Virus record (IMG/VR): IMGVR_UViG_3300021387_000090
Coordinates: 1 to 64,000 of that record
Direction: 5' to 3' (one strand)
From: a virus
Taxonomy: Duplodnaviria; Caudoviricetes
Length of the DNA stretch: 64,000 nt
The translations under genes and the position numbers were made by a program. Of the stretch, positions 1-9,710 are shown piece after piece. Positions within the stretch are counted from its first letter, which is position 1. Each line of letters begins with the position of its first letter. The notes beneath the pieces are model-generated. The model was not told where the DNA came from. It saw nothing but the letters and a program-made list of their open reading frames with translations, and made no database searches.

Positions 1-882
1 GCAGATCAGGGTGCGGCAGATGATGTGACTGCAATGATTGAAGCTTTGCCAGAAAATCCTGATGCGAATGATCAATATACTGTTCAGGCAGCTAGAGATG
101 CTTATAACGGATTAACCGACGCTCAGAAAGAATTAGTTGAAGCTACTACTGTTTCTGCACTTGAAGATGCTGAAGAGGCTGTTGCCACTGACAAAGATGC
201 AATAGCTAAACGTGATGCTGGAGATGAACCCGCTACTCGTCGCAATAATGAGTTAACATACTCTGTTGTTATTAATGGTACTGTTAAACAGTTTTCAGTC
301 TCTCTTATTGAAAAATTAAATGCTCTTCGTGATCTTGTAAACAATACTTATTCTGAAGCAGATGATACTTGGTATGATGTTGACGCTTATGATGAGGATA
401 AATATGTACTTATGCATGATTATTGGAGAAACAAGCATTATCGTCAGGATTATACTGTACGGAATGATGTTTATTCTTTAAAAGGTGATCGGGTTGAAGT
501 ATTTGCTCAATTCTTGACTCAAGATGAAATTAACAGTTTGGCGAAGATGAAATCTAATTATGAACAAATTTGTAAGGATTTGGCTCAGTACCAAAAGAAG
601 GAACTTGTAAATTCTAAGGAATACTCTGCTATTGCTGAGAAAGAAGATTTTATTGCTGTCGTTGACGAAATTAATAATGGCATGAATGAAATGAGTTTCG
701 AAGAATTAAAAACAAATTTAGATAATATGTTATTAAATTTTGCCAAAAATGGCGAACTGAATATTGAGGCAATAGAAGAGAACAAGCCCGAAAACAAGAA
801 GTTCGCTCGTGTTGGATTAATTCCATCTGGTGCGAAGGGCAATCCTAAGAAGTCAAGATATGGCAATATTTTCAAAAGATAA
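1..882 (+). CDS. C-terminal part of putative prohead scaffold/protease protein (5'-truncated by window)
   Basis: Frame is open from base 1, so the GTG at 25 is probably not the start. The protein is acidic and helical and lies directly upstream of the decoration and capsid genes. Confidence 0.6.
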   Translation, partial: ADQGAADDVTAMIEALPENPDANDQYTVQAARDAYNGLTDAQKELVEATTVSALEDAEEAVATDKDAIAKRDAGDEPATRRNNELTYSVVINGTVKQFSVSLIEKLNALRDLVNNTYSEADDTWYDVDAYDEDKYVLMHDYWRNKHYRQDYTVRNDVYSLKGDRVEVFAQFLTQDEINSLAKMKSNYEQICKDLAQYQKKELVNSKEYSAIAEKEDFIAVVDEINNGMNEMSFEELKTNLDNMLLNFAKNGELNIEAIEENKPENKKFARVGLIPSGAKGNPKKSRYGNIFKR

Positions 883-909
883 ATAATAAAATTTTATATA
901 TTATTTAAT

Positions 910-935
910 AAGGCTGATATCAATCAGTCTTTTTT
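910..935 (+). terminator. intrinsic terminator-like hairpin
   Basis: aaggctgat-atca-atcagtctt followed by a T run. Confidence 0.55.
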
Positions 936-953
936 ATTTTAAAGAAAGGAGAA

Positions 954-1427
954 ATGAAACCAATGATTAGTTATCAGATTTCTAAACATATTTTTGGTTT
1001 CCCCTCAAAGATCGTATCTGGTTACGGTGGGGGACATATTTATAACATTAGACTGACCGCTGATACAGATAACTGCACTCTGGTTGGTCGTGGTAATTGG
1101 GTGGCTTTTGACGAGTATGCACAAGCTGCTGCTCCGAATACTTTTGCGGGTATTATTCGTGAACAGGCTGCTAATGGTAATTGGTACATTGAAGTAACCG
1201 CCGATACAGAAGCCCTGTTTGTTTATGACGCTCCTGTTATTGCTGAAGATTATAACAGTAAGTTTACTCTGGAGGAAAACTTCTACAACGAACAGGGTAA
1301 GACTGTTAAAGCTTATAGCTTGATTAAGGGCGACATTTTTGAAGTATCTCCTGCTGGCTTTACTGGCACTCCTGCAGCGGGTAAGACTGTGACGTTTTCT
1401 AATGGCAAGTATGTCGTTGGTAATTAA
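954..1427 (+). CDS. putative capsid decoration/cement protein
   Basis: 157 aa, beta-rich, GAAAGGAG RBS, immediately before the major capsid gene; codon usage (CTG, GGT, CGT) resembles the capsid gene. Confidence 0.55.
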   Translation: MKPMISYQISKHIFGFPSKIVSGYGGGHIYNIRLTADTDNCTLVGRGNWVAFDEYAQAAAPNTFAGIIREQAANGNWYIEVTADTEALFVYDAPVIAEDYNSKFTLEENFYNEQGKTVKAYSLIKGDIFEVSPAGFTGTPAAGKTVTFSNGKYVVGN

Positions 1428-1453
1428 TTTTTGTGGAAAGGAGGTAACTGATA

Positions 1454-2590
1454 ATGAATAAGAATCGTAAGTTGGTTTTTACAAATCATGTAGAAAAGGT
1501 TTTTTCTGCTTTGAATTATGACTATGATAGCGCTAAAAATCTGATGCTGGATCTCGCTCTCCACAAAGAAATCTTTGATGAGGATGGTAATAGAGTTTCC
1601 AAGCAGGATGCTAATGATAAGCTTCGTGAAATGGTTCTGAATATTTTTGAATTAGAGCCTCAGTTCTCCGAACGTGATTTCCATCGTGCCATGAAGCGTC
1701 ATGGACAGGAATGGTTCGAAGTTATTGAAGAGACTGTAGATGAGTACATTGCTTATGGTATGCGTGAGAATGAATTGTTCAATCAGTTGGTCAATGTTCG
1801 TTCTCGTGCTTTAGGCCAAGACAATCTGTTCTATGTGCCTGAAGATGATATTATTCTGAGTATTGCGAAGGTTGGTACTTCTCATCATGATTATATTCTT
1901 CAGAGATTGGGACAGGGTGAAACTTATGCTGTTCCTGTGGCTCGTTATGGTGCTGCTGTTGGAATGGAGCTGAACCGTTATATGGCGGGGCAGGAGGACT
2001 GGGATAAGTTAATTTCTACTCTTGCTCGTTCCTTTACTATGAAGCAGCAGGTTGAAATTTATAATCTGGCTATGAGCGCCGCCACAAAACTGCCTGTAAC
2101 TGCTGGCTTTGTTGGAACTGGTGCATTCAGTAATGCCACCAAGGCCGCTGTTGATGCGATTATTGAAAACGTATCCGCTGCTAACGATGGTGCTGAAGTT
2201 GTTGCCATTGGTACTCGTACTGCTCTGAAGAATTTTGCGAAGCTGGGTGATGTAAATTGGATTGCTCCTTCTATGAAGGAATCCGTTGCTCATACTGGCT
2301 TGTTAGGCGATTATGAGGGTACTGATCTGGTTGTTGTTGAACAGCGGTTTGCGGACAAGACTCTGACCACTAAGCTTTTTGATGATACTAAGATTCTGTT
2401 CCTTGCCAGGGGTGTAGATAACAAGTTGATTGATATGTTTACATATGGTGAGACTGAACTGGATGAGATTACGGAGAAGGGCGAAGAGCATGGTCGTTAT
2501 GATGATCTGGGTAAGTATGAGATTCAGATGTCTTGGGGTATGGCTGTTCGTGTTAAGAGGATGTTTGGTCAGTGGACTCTGACTGCGTAA
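1454..2590 (+). CDS. major capsid protein (HK97-fold, inferred)
   Basis: 378 aa, strong GAAAGGAGG RBS, position in head module, biased codon usage typical of highly expressed genes. Confidence 0.75.
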   Translation: MNKNRKLVFTNHVEKVFSALNYDYDSAKNLMLDLALHKEIFDEDGNRVSKQDANDKLREMVLNIFELEPQFSERDFHRAMKRHGQEWFEVIEETVDEYIAYGMRENELFNQLVNVRSRALGQDNLFYVPEDDIILSIAKVGTSHHDYILQRLGQGETYAVPVARYGAAVGMELNRYMAGQEDWDKLISTLARSFTMKQQVEIYNLAMSAATKLPVTAGFVGTGAFSNATKAAVDAIIENVSAANDGAEVVAIGTRTALKNFAKLGDVNWIAPSMKESVAHTGLLGDYEGTDLVVVEQRFADKTLTTKLFDDTKILFLARGVDNKLIDMFTYGETELDEITEKGEEHGRYDDLGKYEIQMSWGMAVRVKRMFGQWTLTA

Positions 2591-2623
2591 TCTCTTTAAA
2601 TAGGAATAAAAAGGAGAAATAAA

Positions 2624-3166
2624 ATGGTAAATTCTAAAGTAACATCTGTTCCTAAAAAGGCAGATAAAGAAGAAAAAATTGTAGAAGAAAGAAAAGTTGA
2701 AAAGAAGAAATTTAATCCAGAGGACGGTATTTCTTGTCGTTCGGTAACAGTTGGCGATCTTTGGTATGAGGGTACAAAGTCTCGTAATGTATATAATTGG
2801 GTTGATTATGGTGATGAAAATGAAGTAGAATATCGTGATCTTGCTGCTTTGGTTCGCAGTAGATCTACCTATGTATATGGCCCATTATTTGTTATTGAAG
2901 ATGAAGATTTTATTGCTGAATTTCCTCAATTACAAAAGTTTTATGATGAACAATATACGGTTGATGATTTAAAGGGCGTTTTGAAATTGAATGTTAATGA
3001 TATGGTTGATACTATCAAGACATTACCTCAGAGTGCGATTAATTCATTGAAAAATATTGCTTCTACTCAAGTGGCTTCTGGTCAATTGGATAGTCTTAAG
3101 AAGATCAAAGCTTTGGATGAAATTTTTGGTACAGAGTTAGATTTGCTTTCTTCTATTATAAATTAA
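2624..3166 (+). CDS. hypothetical head-module protein
   Basis: AAGGAG RBS; Lys/Glu-rich N-terminus and helical C-terminus; follows the capsid gene. Confidence 0.6.
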   Translation: MVNSKVTSVPKKADKEEKIVEERKVEKKKFNPEDGISCRSVTVGDLWYEGTKSRNVYNWVDYGDENEVEYRDLAALVRSRSTYVYGPLFVIEDEDFIAEFPQLQKFYDEQYTVDDLKGVLKLNVNDMVDTIKTLPQSAINSLKNIASTQVASGQLDSLKKIKALDEIFGTELDLLSSIIN

Positions 3167-3186
3167 TATCAAGGAGGTAATTACTA

Positions 3187-3660
3187 ATGGCCTCTATTGA
3201 TTATAATACTGTTTATCAAAGCTTCTACCCTAAAGTAGAAGCTTTTGATTTTTTAGAATTGGATGACCATACTGTCCATGAGTTTTTGTGTGATTGGATT
3301 CATGGTGCTGTACGTCCAACTTATATTCGTCAATTGTTTGATTCGGTAAAATTTGATGATGATGTCATGCGTTTTACTTATGAAATGTCTTATCCAATGG
3401 ATGAAAATGCAGATGAAGATTTTGTAATTGAATTACTAGCTTTAGGTCTGGGAATTCAATGGCTTACTCCACAATTAAATAGTTCTATCAATTTACGGCA
3501 AGTTTATAGTAGCAAAGAAGAAAAGTGGTATAGCCAAAGTCAGCAGATTTCTGCAATGCAGTCTCTTCTTTCATCTTGGAAAAAGGAGCAAAGGCGTATG
3601 ATATGCGATCGAGGATATATTCACAATGCTTATGTAAATGGAGTTAAATTAACCACATGA
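3187..3660 (+). CDS. putative head-tail adaptor
   Basis: AAGGAGG RBS, 157 aa helical protein, position between capsid and neck genes. Confidence 0.5.
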   Translation: MASIDYNTVYQSFYPKVEAFDFLELDDHTVHEFLCDWIHGAVRPTYIRQLFDSVKFDDDVMRFTYEMSYPMDENADEDFVIELLALGLGIQWLTPQLNSSINLRQVYSSKEEKWYSQSQQISAMQSLLSSWKKEQRRMICDRGYIHNAYVNGVKLTT

Positions 3661-4022
3661 TGATTGAACATAAGTATGGTGAATTTACAGAAAAGCAATT
3701 TGACGAATATAAAACCAAATTACACAAAAAATTATTTTGGTTACTGATATATAAAGATCCAAAAACAAAAGATCAATTCCCAAATGTTGATGATGAAGCA
3801 TTCGAACAATATTTCAATCATGTAATGCATGAGATTAATGGGTTGAATAGATTATTATTATATCCTGTAGAAATTTGTTCGATGATGAGTTTATTAGAAA
3901 GCGCTTTGGCTATTTCAAAAGAAAAGGATTTTAATTATAAGGCATATCGTAAGTTGGTATTAGATGCTCATGCTCTTGTAGATAAAATTCATGATAAGGA
4001 TGTGATTCAAAATGAACACTAA
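3657..4022 (+). CDS. hypothetical protein (neck region)
   Basis: ATGA overlap with the upstream gene. Confidence 0.6.
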   Translation: MMIEHKYGEFTEKQFDEYKTKLHKKLFWLLIYKDPKTKDQFPNVDDEAFEQYFNHVMHEINGLNRLLLYPVEICSMMSLLESALAISKEKDFNYKAYRKLVLDAHALVDKIHDKDVIQNEH

Positions 4023-5211
4023 TCAATATCTTTCTTATTTGTCTAAAAAGGGAGCTAACCTTGCTCAAGCAAGACGGCATCAGTCTGATATGGTTATAAA
4101 TTCTACTTGGTATGGTGATCCTACTTATAAGCGAGTATATTTGCTTACTAAGGAGGGATGGAAATGGGAAGATGTCAAATATCAATATCATCAGAGCCAA
4201 TCTGTTGCCAAAGATAATGTTGATTATTATCTGCAATTTAGGCCAAAAGTACATTATCCTATAGGAACATATGTGCTTATTCCTGATGATACAAGTCCTG
4301 AATTAAATCTTACTAAAGAAGAATTACTTGATCCTTTTAAACAACCCATTGAGAAAAGAACTCAATGGTGGTTAATTGTTGATAGAGATAATCAAAATGC
4401 ATATCCCAGATATAACGTATTGCAATGCAACTGGGAATTTAAATGGATTCATAATGGTAAAATTGAAAGTATATTTAGTATAATAAGATCTGCCAATAGT
4501 TACACCTCTGGTATATGGAGGGCAGAATTAACAGTTACGCTTGACAACCTTACGGGTTTTTGGGCACCAGATACAAATTTGGTATATGGCGATGCCAGAG
4601 AAAAATTGGGGTTGTCTGATACACGAACTATTGTACACAATCAAAGATTTTTATTAACTACAAATGATCTTGATCCCAAAGTATATACAGTAACTAAAGT
4701 AGTAGAGACATCTCCTCTTGGGTTATATAAGTATTCTGTTAAAGAGGATGAATATAATCCTAAAAGAGATAATATCGAGTTGAAGATTTGTGATTATTAT
4801 AATAATATGGGTGATCTTCAGTCTGAAGTTTCGGATTTGAATTTGACTAATAGAGAATTTCAGATTATCGAAATGATGAAATCAGAGAATGATGAATTAG
4901 TTCCTAATCCAACTAATACCACTATTCTCTCGCTTGGTAATACAATTTATTATCAAGCAAAGTTAGGGTTGGAATATGTTCCAGCTGTATGGGATATTCA
5001 ACTTAGGGATGATGGTGCTGAGTATGATTCAAAAGAAAAAGCACGTTTAGAGGGATTAATGAAATTGGTTCAATATGAAGGGAACGTAGTTTCTGTAAGA
5101 CCCGCTAAAGCGATGAGCCTCGTTGGAAAGCATTTTAATCTTATTGCTCGTCAGGATAATGGAAATTATATTTCTAGTGTAGAAGTGGAGGTGGGCGATT
5201 ATGAAACGTGA
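4012..5211 (+). CDS. putative head closure/neck protein with beta-rich C-terminal domain
   Basis: 399 aa, overlaps the upstream gene; call rests on synteny. Confidence 0.45.
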   Translation: MNTNQYLSYLSKKGANLAQARRHQSDMVINSTWYGDPTYKRVYLLTKEGWKWEDVKYQYHQSQSVAKDNVDYYLQFRPKVHYPIGTYVLIPDDTSPELNLTKEELLDPFKQPIEKRTQWWLIVDRDNQNAYPRYNVLQCNWEFKWIHNGKIESIFSIIRSANSYTSGIWRAELTVTLDNLTGFWAPDTNLVYGDAREKLGLSDTRTIVHNQRFLLTTNDLDPKVYTVTKVVETSPLGLYKYSVKEDEYNPKRDNIELKICDYYNNMGDLQSEVSDLNLTNREFQIIEMMKSENDELVPNPTNTTILSLGNTIYYQAKLGLEYVPAVWDIQLRDDGAEYDSKEKARLEGLMKLVQYEGNVVSVRPAKAMSLVGKHFNLIARQDNGNYISSVEVEVGDYET

Positions 5212-5815
5212 TTTAACAAATATCCGTAGAAATTTAGAGTCCACACAAAATAACGATATTATTTATCGTAAGGCTGTGATTGAAAAAGCCTTTTATGACG
5301 ATCCTGATTTGCTAGAAGTATTAGGCCAACGTGAAAAGCGTCCTTTAAATAAATATATTGATCCAGATCATCCTACTATTCAAGAAAAACAATTACGGCA
5401 AGAGATTGAAGAATATAATAAAAAGGTCGATTCAAAAAAGATTATTCCTTATTTGAAATTGAATGGCGTTCAAAAAGAAGTGAATAATTTTATTATGTTT
5501 GAAGTTCGAGATTATGAAGCCTCCGCGCTTAACAAGGTTATTAAGACGCAACAAGTTACTGTTATGTGTGTTGTTGCAGAGGAGGATATGGATACTGAAT
5601 ATGGTATTCAGCGAACAGATCTTCTTTCTTATATTGTAAAGGATCTTCTTCAATGGAGTAATTGTGCTGGATTACAATTAAAATGTGTTTCTGATTTTGA
5701 TGATATTGTAGATGATAGATATTATGCTAGGGTTTTAAGATTTGAATCTCTTCTTCCTAATACAATTTCGGGTCATAATATAGGGATGACGAACAAATAT
5801 GACAGACTCCCTTAA
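5201..5815 (+). CDS. putative tail terminator/completion protein
   Basis: GGAGGTG RBS; position upstream of the tail tube gene. Confidence 0.4.
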   Translation: MKRDLTNIRRNLESTQNNDIIYRKAVIEKAFYDDPDLLEVLGQREKRPLNKYIDPDHPTIQEKQLRQEIEEYNKKVDSKKIIPYLKLNGVQKEVNNFIMFEVRDYEASALNKVIKTQQVTVMCVVAEEDMDTEYGIQRTDLLSYIVKDLLQWSNCAGLQLKCVSDFDDIVDDRYYARVLRFESLLPNTISGHNIGMTNKYDRLP

Positions 5816-6695
5816 AGATCAGGCAATTAAAAGGCTCAAAGAAAAACACGAAGCGGAAGCTAAAACTGCGGAGCAAAAAGCTCAAGATAAAAATGTTTAT
5901 GATACTATTAAGGCTTCCAATGCTCGTGTAAATGAAAAGACCCAGAAACCACAGTATGAATTTGACAAGTTACAATTGTATTTTGGTGAGCCTTTTGCTT
6001 TAACGGAAAAAATTATAATAAATCAACCCACGGTTGGAGATTTGATTCGTTTAGGCGAAAAGGAAGTATATAGCGTGGTACATATTTTTACCGCAAATAC
6101 AACTTCGTATAGACTTGTTTTATGGGATATGGGGATCGATTGGTGTAAAATAACAGATTATGATCTGTTCCAATTACTTAGTCCTACATTGACTCAATCA
6201 TCTACTCAGTTTTTATTTGGGGATATAGATTTCTCAAAATTGCAGAGATATAAAAAAGTGGTAAACGATGAAGAGACAATTGTTTTATATGATCCTGAAC
6301 AAGATTTAGAGATTGATAAAACCACTTATGAAAAACTTGCTTGGTATGTACGGAATATGTTTAATATATTTCCCAAAAATGAATTTGCCAAGGGTAAATC
6401 AACGAAGCAATCTATTATTGAAGAAGATAGAATGAATTTTGAAAAGCATAAGAATGATAAATATCAGTCTACTCTTTTACCGCTTATATCTGCATGTTTA
6501 AATCATCCCGGTTTTAAATATTCTAAGAAAGAACTTCCTGATGTCGGCATTGTTGAATTTATGGACAGTGTTCAGCGTTTACAGATTTATGAGTCTAGTA
6601 CAGCCTTACTTAAGGGGGCTTACTCTGGATTCATGGATACAAGTAAGATTGATCAAAAACAGTTCGACTTTATGCGTGACATAGGTTCTAAATAA
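5799..6695 (+). CDS. hypothetical tail-region protein
   Basis: 298-aa ORF overlapping the upstream gene. Confidence 0.6.
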   Translation: MTDSLKDQAIKRLKEKHEAEAKTAEQKAQDKNVYDTIKASNARVNEKTQKPQYEFDKLQLYFGEPFALTEKIIINQPTVGDLIRLGEKEVYSVVHIFTANTTSYRLVLWDMGIDWCKITDYDLFQLLSPTLTQSSTQFLFGDIDFSKLQRYKKVVNDEETIVLYDPEQDLEIDKTTYEKLAWYVRNMFNIFPKNEFAKGKSTKQSIIEEDRMNFEKHKNDKYQSTLLPLISACLNHPGFKYSKKELPDVGIVEFMDSVQRLQIYESSTALLKGAYSGFMDTSKIDQKQFDFMRDIGSK

Positions 6696-6712
6696 TATAA
6701 GACACTTTTAAT

Positions 6713-6732
6713 GAGCTAAAGGCTCTTTTTTT
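6713..6732 (+). terminator. short intrinsic terminator-like hairpin
   Basis: gagct-aaa-ggctc followed by T7. Confidence 0.45.
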
Positions 6733-6766
6733 ATTTGAAAAATTCCAAAAAAGGAGGTACACCACT

Positions 6767-7830
6767 ATGGCATTTATGTTGGGTAGATGTTGCCCAGTTA
6801 AGCAGTAATGCTTAACTTCAAAGCCACTATATCGGTTAAAATCCAGAGATGGACAAGACCGAGGAAAGACTTCTTTTTATAAAGAAGAATCCGTAACGAC
6901 TACAGGATATATATGGTGACATATATATTGAAGTGGCTCCCCTATTGTCTCGTAGGGTGAATATATAGTCTGAACTCACACTATAATCTAAAAACGAAAT
7001 GTGAGAAGTAAGTAGAAATACTTACTCGCCTATTTTTTAATAGGTCATAAAAGTAACAGAAAATGGACATTATTGTCGATAGAGTACAATTTGCGTATGG
7101 TGAAAAGCTGGATGGAACTCCTGTTCTGCTGATGTCCCAGCTTTCCGATTTTACTGTTGATATTACTGCCGAATCCAAGGACGCTGTGGATGCACAGGGT
7201 ACTCTGGTTAAGCGGTTCTGGCAAGCCAAGACTGGTGAAGTAACTGCTACGAACGCCATGATTAATTTCTCCGCTCTGGCTGCACAGGGTGGTACTGATG
7301 CTGAACTGGCTTCTGCTGCTCAGAAGATTGTAATGCCTAAGATCTCCGTCGTTAAGAAGGGTGAGACTCTGGATATTACTGGTTTTGTTGATGGTTCTAT
7401 TCATGTTTCTGCTATGAATAGTTCTGGTGGTATGGGTCAGGAATATACTCTGACTGAGTATAACGTAACTACTGATACTACAACTGGTAAGACTACTCTG
7501 ACCCCTCCCACGACTGCTGGTATCGATCAGTACATTGTTAAGTATGATCGTGAAGTAGAGGTTGGTGCGAGAATTGTAAATGAATCTGATAAGTTCCCCG
7601 GAACTATCAAGCTGACGGTTAAGGCTCTTGCTATCGATCCTTGTGCCGTAGATACGCTGAAGGCTCTGTATATCACCTTCCCGTCCTTCCAGATCAGCCC
7701 TGAACTGTCTCTGTCTCTGACTACAGATACGACAGTTGACTTTAACGGAACTATTCAGACTGCGTATTGCGGTGGTACTGAAAAGGCTCTGTACATTATG
7801 ACTTGGGCCGATGATGATAGCGAGGAATAA
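6767..7830 (+). CDS. major tail (tube) protein, spliced: join(6767..6784,7066..7830), 260 aa starting MAFMLG-DIIVDRVQF
   Basis: A strong AAAGGAGG RBS precedes ATG 6767, whereas ATG 7063 has no RBS. Removing the group I intron joins the exons in frame. Size, Thr/Gly content and capsid-like codon bias fit a tail tube protein. Confidence 0.8.
6785..7065 (+). ncRNA. group I self-splicing intron (IA-like, no homing endonuclease), 281 nt
   Basis: P1: UGGGU(6780-84)/GCCCA(6792-96) with a U.G pair at the 5' splice site. P10: AUGUU(6787-91)/GACAU(7066-70). P2: 6797-6816 with GUAA loop. P3: AGCCACU(6822-28)/AGUGGCU(6932-38). P7: GACUA(6898-6902)/UAGUC(6966-70). P7.1, P8 and P9 hairpins are present, and the terminal base is G7065. 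Confidence 0.92.
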
Positions 7831-7866
7831 TACTGTATTGAATAGATAATGATTATAAGTTTATCG

Positions 7867-7897
7867 ATAAGAGCGGGTATTTTTAACCCGCTCTTAT
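7867..7897 (+). terminator. stable hairpin/terminator after tail tube gene
   Basis: ataagagcgggt-7 nt-acccgctcttat. Confidence 0.6.
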
Positions 7898-8096
7898 ATT
7901 GCTTTAAAAACGAAATATAGAACATTTAGATATTATGTAGTTATTAATATAATACTTTAGAATAACTAAAAAATAAAATGAAGAGCGAAAACAATTCGGA
8001 ATTATTATTCCATTTAATATAGAGCAACATTAACGAGGAGACGTATTGTCTCCTATTTTATTATAAGCAAATATAGAATTATAAAGAAAAGGAGAC

Positions 8097-8432
8097 ATGA
8101 TTATGGCTACAAGTATTAAATATAATCGGAAATGTGTAATTTGTGGAAAAACTTATTCATTTTGTAATACGGGATGTGCAGAGGATAAAGACAAACCCTC
8201 TTGGATGACTGTATTTCATGATGATAATTGTAGGGAAATTTATTATACCTGTGCAAATTATGAAGTGGGACATTATGGTACAAAGGATCAAGCTAAGAAG
8301 AAGCTGAAGAAGCTTGATCTTACTAATAAAGAAAGCTTTAATCCAGTAGTTCAGGACTGGATTGATGATATTATGGGAACCGCTAAACCTGCTGAAGAGA
8401 GCGAATATACGTCAGACAGTTTAGAGGATTAA
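8097..8432 (+). CDS. small Cys-rich, putative Zn-binding protein
   Basis: CVICG...C...C...HDDNC motif; AAAGGAG RBS. Confidence 0.65.
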   Translation: MIMATSIKYNRKCVICGKTYSFCNTGCAEDKDKPSWMTVFHDDNCREIYYTCANYEVGHYGTKDQAKKKLKKLDLTNKESFNPVVQDWIDDIMGTAKPAEESEYTSDSLED

Positions 8433-8525
8433 TGTTAATCAAACAATATTTTAGTATTTGACAGTGATTATTAAATAAACCGTATAAGATATAATACGGA
8501 CTACAATTATATACCGAATACAATT

Positions 8526-8566
8526 AGGGGTATAGTTACTGTCAAAAGTAGCTATACCCCTTTTTT
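8526..8566 (+). terminator. intrinsic terminator
   Basis: aggggtatagttact-gtcaaa-agtagctatacccct followed by a T run. Confidence 0.7.
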
Positions 8567-8624
8567 GCTCCAAATGAGCATAACTGAATATAACAAATAT
8601 ACCGGAATAGAAGGAGAACAAAAA

Positions 8625-9227
8625 ATGGTTTATACAGATATTAATGACATTCAAGGAGAATATGGTTTAATATTGTCAGACCCTCCTTGGCAAATAAAAA
8701 AAGCCAAAAGGAAGAGTAGACCCAATTCAAGCATGAGTCCTATTGATTATCCAACAATGGATTTAAACGACATTAAGGATCACTTATTAAAAATAACAGA
8801 GCATAGTTCTTCAAATGCTATTATGTTTTTGTGGACAATAGAAAGTCAATTATATAATGCTTTATCCATATTAAATGAATTGGGTTGGAAGAAGCATGTT
8901 GTAATGATTTGGAGTAAAGGTCGAGGAATGGCTCCCGCTTTTTCAGTACGCTTTACTCATGAATATCTAATATATGCTTATAGGGGTAAATTTGAACGAC
9001 CAATAAAAGAAATGCAAGGTAAGTTTGGTACAGTATTTACTGGTATATCTCATAAGCATAGTGAGAAGCCTCAAGAGGTTTATGAAATGATTGAAGCTAT
9101 GTATCCAAGCAAAAAAAAAATAGAGATGTACGCCAGATTAGCTCGTCAGGGTTGGGACAGTTTTGGCAACGAAGTAAATGCAGGAGGTGAAGAAAATGAA
9201 AGTAAAGTCGAATCTTCATCCTCGTGA
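8625..9227 (+). CDS. MT-A70 family N6-adenine methyltransferase
   Basis: DPPW catalytic motif, YPTM, FLWT, HSEKP, EMYAR...GWDSFGNE. ATG 8625 after GAAGGAG is preferred to TTG 8565. Confidence 0.85.
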   Translation: MVYTDINDIQGEYGLILSDPPWQIKKAKRKSRPNSSMSPIDYPTMDLNDIKDHLLKITEHSSSNAIMFLWTIESQLYNALSILNELGWKKHVVMIWSKGRGMAPAFSVRFTHEYLIYAYRGKFERPIKEMQGKFGTVFTGISHKHSEKPQEVYEMIEAMYPSKKKIEMYARLARQGWDSFGNEVNAGGEENESKVESSSS

Positions 9228-9417
9228 TTATTCTATTAAAGAGGTATATAGGATTGTTAATCAAGAACAAGCCAAGCGTTTTATGAAGCATGGTTGCTAT
9301 CCCATAGATATGTATCCCAGTTTTGATAAAGAGGGACGGAGTATTATTGTTTTTGTTTTTCTTAAAGAGGATTCAGAAGAATTAAAAAAACTTTGGGATA
9401 ATTATAAATTGGAATAA
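9196..9417 (+). CDS. hypothetical protein
   Basis: AGGAGGTG RBS before ATG 9196; overlaps the end of the MTase gene. Confidence 0.65.
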   Translation: MKVKSNLHPRDYSIKEVYRIVNQEQAKRFMKHGCYPIDMYPSFDKEGRSIIVFVFLKEDSEELKKLWDNYKLE

Positions 9418-9430
9418 GGAAATTGTAAGG

Positions 9431-9688
9431 ATGGAAACAAAATTTTTAGATAAAAAAGTTCGCAAATTTATAATTGCGGCACTCTCCTCTCCCATTACTT
9501 ATTTATATAAGAAACCCGGTGAATATGAGTATAGATTTTTTAAAAACATTGAGCGGGCTACAAAATTTCTGGAGAGATTTGATGCTGAAATTTTTTTAAA
9601 GGAATATTATGAGGCAACAGGCGATGACAATTTAGAGATGTTGGTTATTCCTGTTGATATCAGTTATGAACTAATCAGAGAAGAATAA
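9431..9688 (+). CDS. hypothetical protein
   Basis: ORF in operon context with AAGGA RBS. Confidence 0.6.
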   Translation: METKFLDKKVRKFIIAALSSPITYLYKKPGEYEYRFFKNIERATKFLERFDAEIFLKEYYEATGDDNLEMLVIPVDISYELIREE

Positions 9689-9710
9689 ACCATTTTAGGA
9701 GGATAAGGAA

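Noticed and set aside
7063-7065. ATG start of the 255-aa ORF given in the track
   Set aside because: It has no RBS, and the G is the intron's terminal G. The likely start is 6767.
8458-8495. sigmaA promoter (TTGACA at 8458)
   Set aside because: The nearest -10-like hexamers are 19 nt (TATAAG) and 26 nt (TATAAT) away, and a terminator follows.
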